Origin: Octopus sinensis
Lineage: Eukaryota
Length of the DNA: 10,357 nt
Assembly: GCF_006345805.1 (NCBI RefSeq)
Contig: NW_021827448.1
Location: 1 to 10,357, forward strand
Reading direction: 5' to 3'
The position numbers and the translations under genes are program-made. The notes under the pieces are model-generated. The model was not told the DNA's origin and did not search any database. It saw nothing but the letters and a program-made list of their open reading frames with translations. Positions 8,852-10,357 of this stretch are shown piece by piece; the first letter of the stretch is position 1; each line of letters begins with the position of its first letter.

Positions 8852-8930
8852 CATCGAAATTTGTAGCAACGTTATAGGAGAGTAAGTGCTGCCACCAATG
8901 AAGCTTAGATCTAATTACCTTTGTTAATGT

Positions 8931-9200
8931 GAAAGCAAAATATATTTATCTTAGCTTCAATGATAGAAGAAAGCATGAAGAATTTCATAGTTTTGTCCCC
9001 ATGCAACAAAGATTTGTATAAAAAAAGTTGTGAGATAAAATATCATGAAAAAAATAAAAGGCAAAAAATTGGATTTAAGTATAATTTATTTCTTTATTTT
9101 AAAAGCAAATTATATTTTAATTAAGCTTAAATGATAGAGCTCAAATCGAGGAATTTCATGGTATCAATCTCATGCAATGAAGTTCTGAAAGAAAAATGTT
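8931..9200. repeat. Diverged direct repeat, 170-bp spacing
   Basis: AAAGCAAA.TATATTT..AGCTT.AATGATAGA..GAATTTCAT.GT..CATGCAA..AAAA.GTT occurs from 8932 and again from 9102. Confidence 0.7.
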
Positions 9201-9400
9201 ATGACTGTTTGTTTCTCAAATTTGAGGGTGATAATATAGTTGTATACTTTTTTATGAATATAGTTCTATAAGGAAAAATTATCAACGACACCGCTAATTG
9301 ACACATTTGACACATTGTCAATTAACAAAATAGTTTAGCCTGGAAAAAATGTGGATTACATGGAAAAATGCGAGCAATGATATTCTTAAAGTTATAAGCC

Positions 9401-9480
9401 TGGAAAATTACAGGACAGGTTATTACTCTTGGATAGGTTGAGGACAAGTCATTACATCTGGTAAAGTACAGGACAAGAAA
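9401..9480. repeat. Degenerate 29-bp tandem repeat, about 3 units
   Basis: TGG at 9401/9430/9459 and AGGACA at 9412/9441/9470. Confidence 0.65.
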
Positions 9481-9784
9481 ATTTTTACTTAGAATACTGG
9501 AGTTAAAGATAAAACGTGAATATTAAAAATTATTTGATTTTAATTTACAAAGTAACATTGTGATTAAAAAAGGTACCATCATTTTGTTAAAATATTGACA
9601 TCCTAGAATACTTAAAAAATGAAAGCCAGAAGTACCAATATAGCTAAAGTTTTATGCAAAGTAGAATAGTATATATGGCAGGCAAATTCATAATGAAAAA
9701 AATAAGTATTGGGTTAAGACTAAAAATGTGAAGACTTAATCGTAGCATAATTGCCAACCAAGTGTGACGTCCCCTATTAGTGAA

Positions 9785-10014
9785 GGTGGTGAGCTGGCAG
9801 AAACGTTAGCACGCCGGGCGAAATGCGTAGCCGTATTTCGTCTGTCGTTACGTTCCGAGTTCAAATTCCGCCGAGGTCGACTTTGCCTTTCATCCTTTCG
9901 GGGTCGATAAATTAAGTACCAGTTACGCACTGGGGTCGACGTAATCGACTTAATCCATTTGTCTGTCCTTGTTTGTCCCCTCTATGTTTAGCCCCTTGCG
10001 GGTAGTAAAGAAAT
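9785..10014 (+). mobile_element. tRNA-derived SINE family B, apparently full length
   Basis: GGTGGTGAGCTGGCAGAA head, B box GAGTTCAAATTCC, body GCCTTTCATCCTTTCGGGGTCGATAAATTAAGTACCAG (recognised SINE central domain), and A-rich end. A related fragment lies at 6851. Confidence 0.85.
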
Positions 10015-10357
10015 ATATATGGAACAGTGCTACTGACGTTTATAACCCCAGGAAGATATCTCTTCCACTTGGCTAACGACGCACATTTTGTGTCCGATTA
10101 GTATTTGCGAGGAGAGATCATCGCTCCCAACTCTAGCCTTACGTGATACACACGGACTCGAGTTTCTGGGTGGTTACCCATCTCCAGCGTGTGTTAACCA
10201 CCAGGTAGTGACGAAAACTCTCTCCACTCGCAAAATACTGTATGCTTTTTCCAGCAACAAACTGTCGCTGATCCCGTAAAAGGAAAGATAAGCTATAATA
10301 AATCCCTGAGCGCGATATAAACAGTAGCAATACGGAATCGTAACATATAATTGCCCG

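Noticed and set aside
9401-9480. CRISPR-like periodic repeats
   Set aside because: Degenerate tandem units with no repeat-spacer structure, no cas genes, and a eukaryotic context.

Overview
AT-rich, repeat-saturated, non-coding eukaryotic DNA. The SINE sequences and (TA)n load look like Octopus/cephalopod DNA (recognised from memory, not searched). No intact protein-coding gene is supported; the listed ORFs are artefacts of microsatellites, SINEs and a decayed mariner. The window holds a frameshifted mariner transposase 3' fragment with its right TIR, several copies of one tRNA-derived SINE family (full, deleted, fragmentary, both strands), a second SINE family, a 164-bp MITE with perfect 20-bp TIRs, and a ~580-bp-arm inverted repeat. 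The most notable signal is a cluster of minimal type I hammerhead-ribozyme-like motifs with palindromic stem III. The best is at 7520-7583 (minus); others are in both inverted-repeat arms, at 8781-8851 and at 2652-2678. Most sit in short modules bounded by (TA)n arrays, suggesting several Penelope-like/retrozyme-like families that target TA microsatellites.
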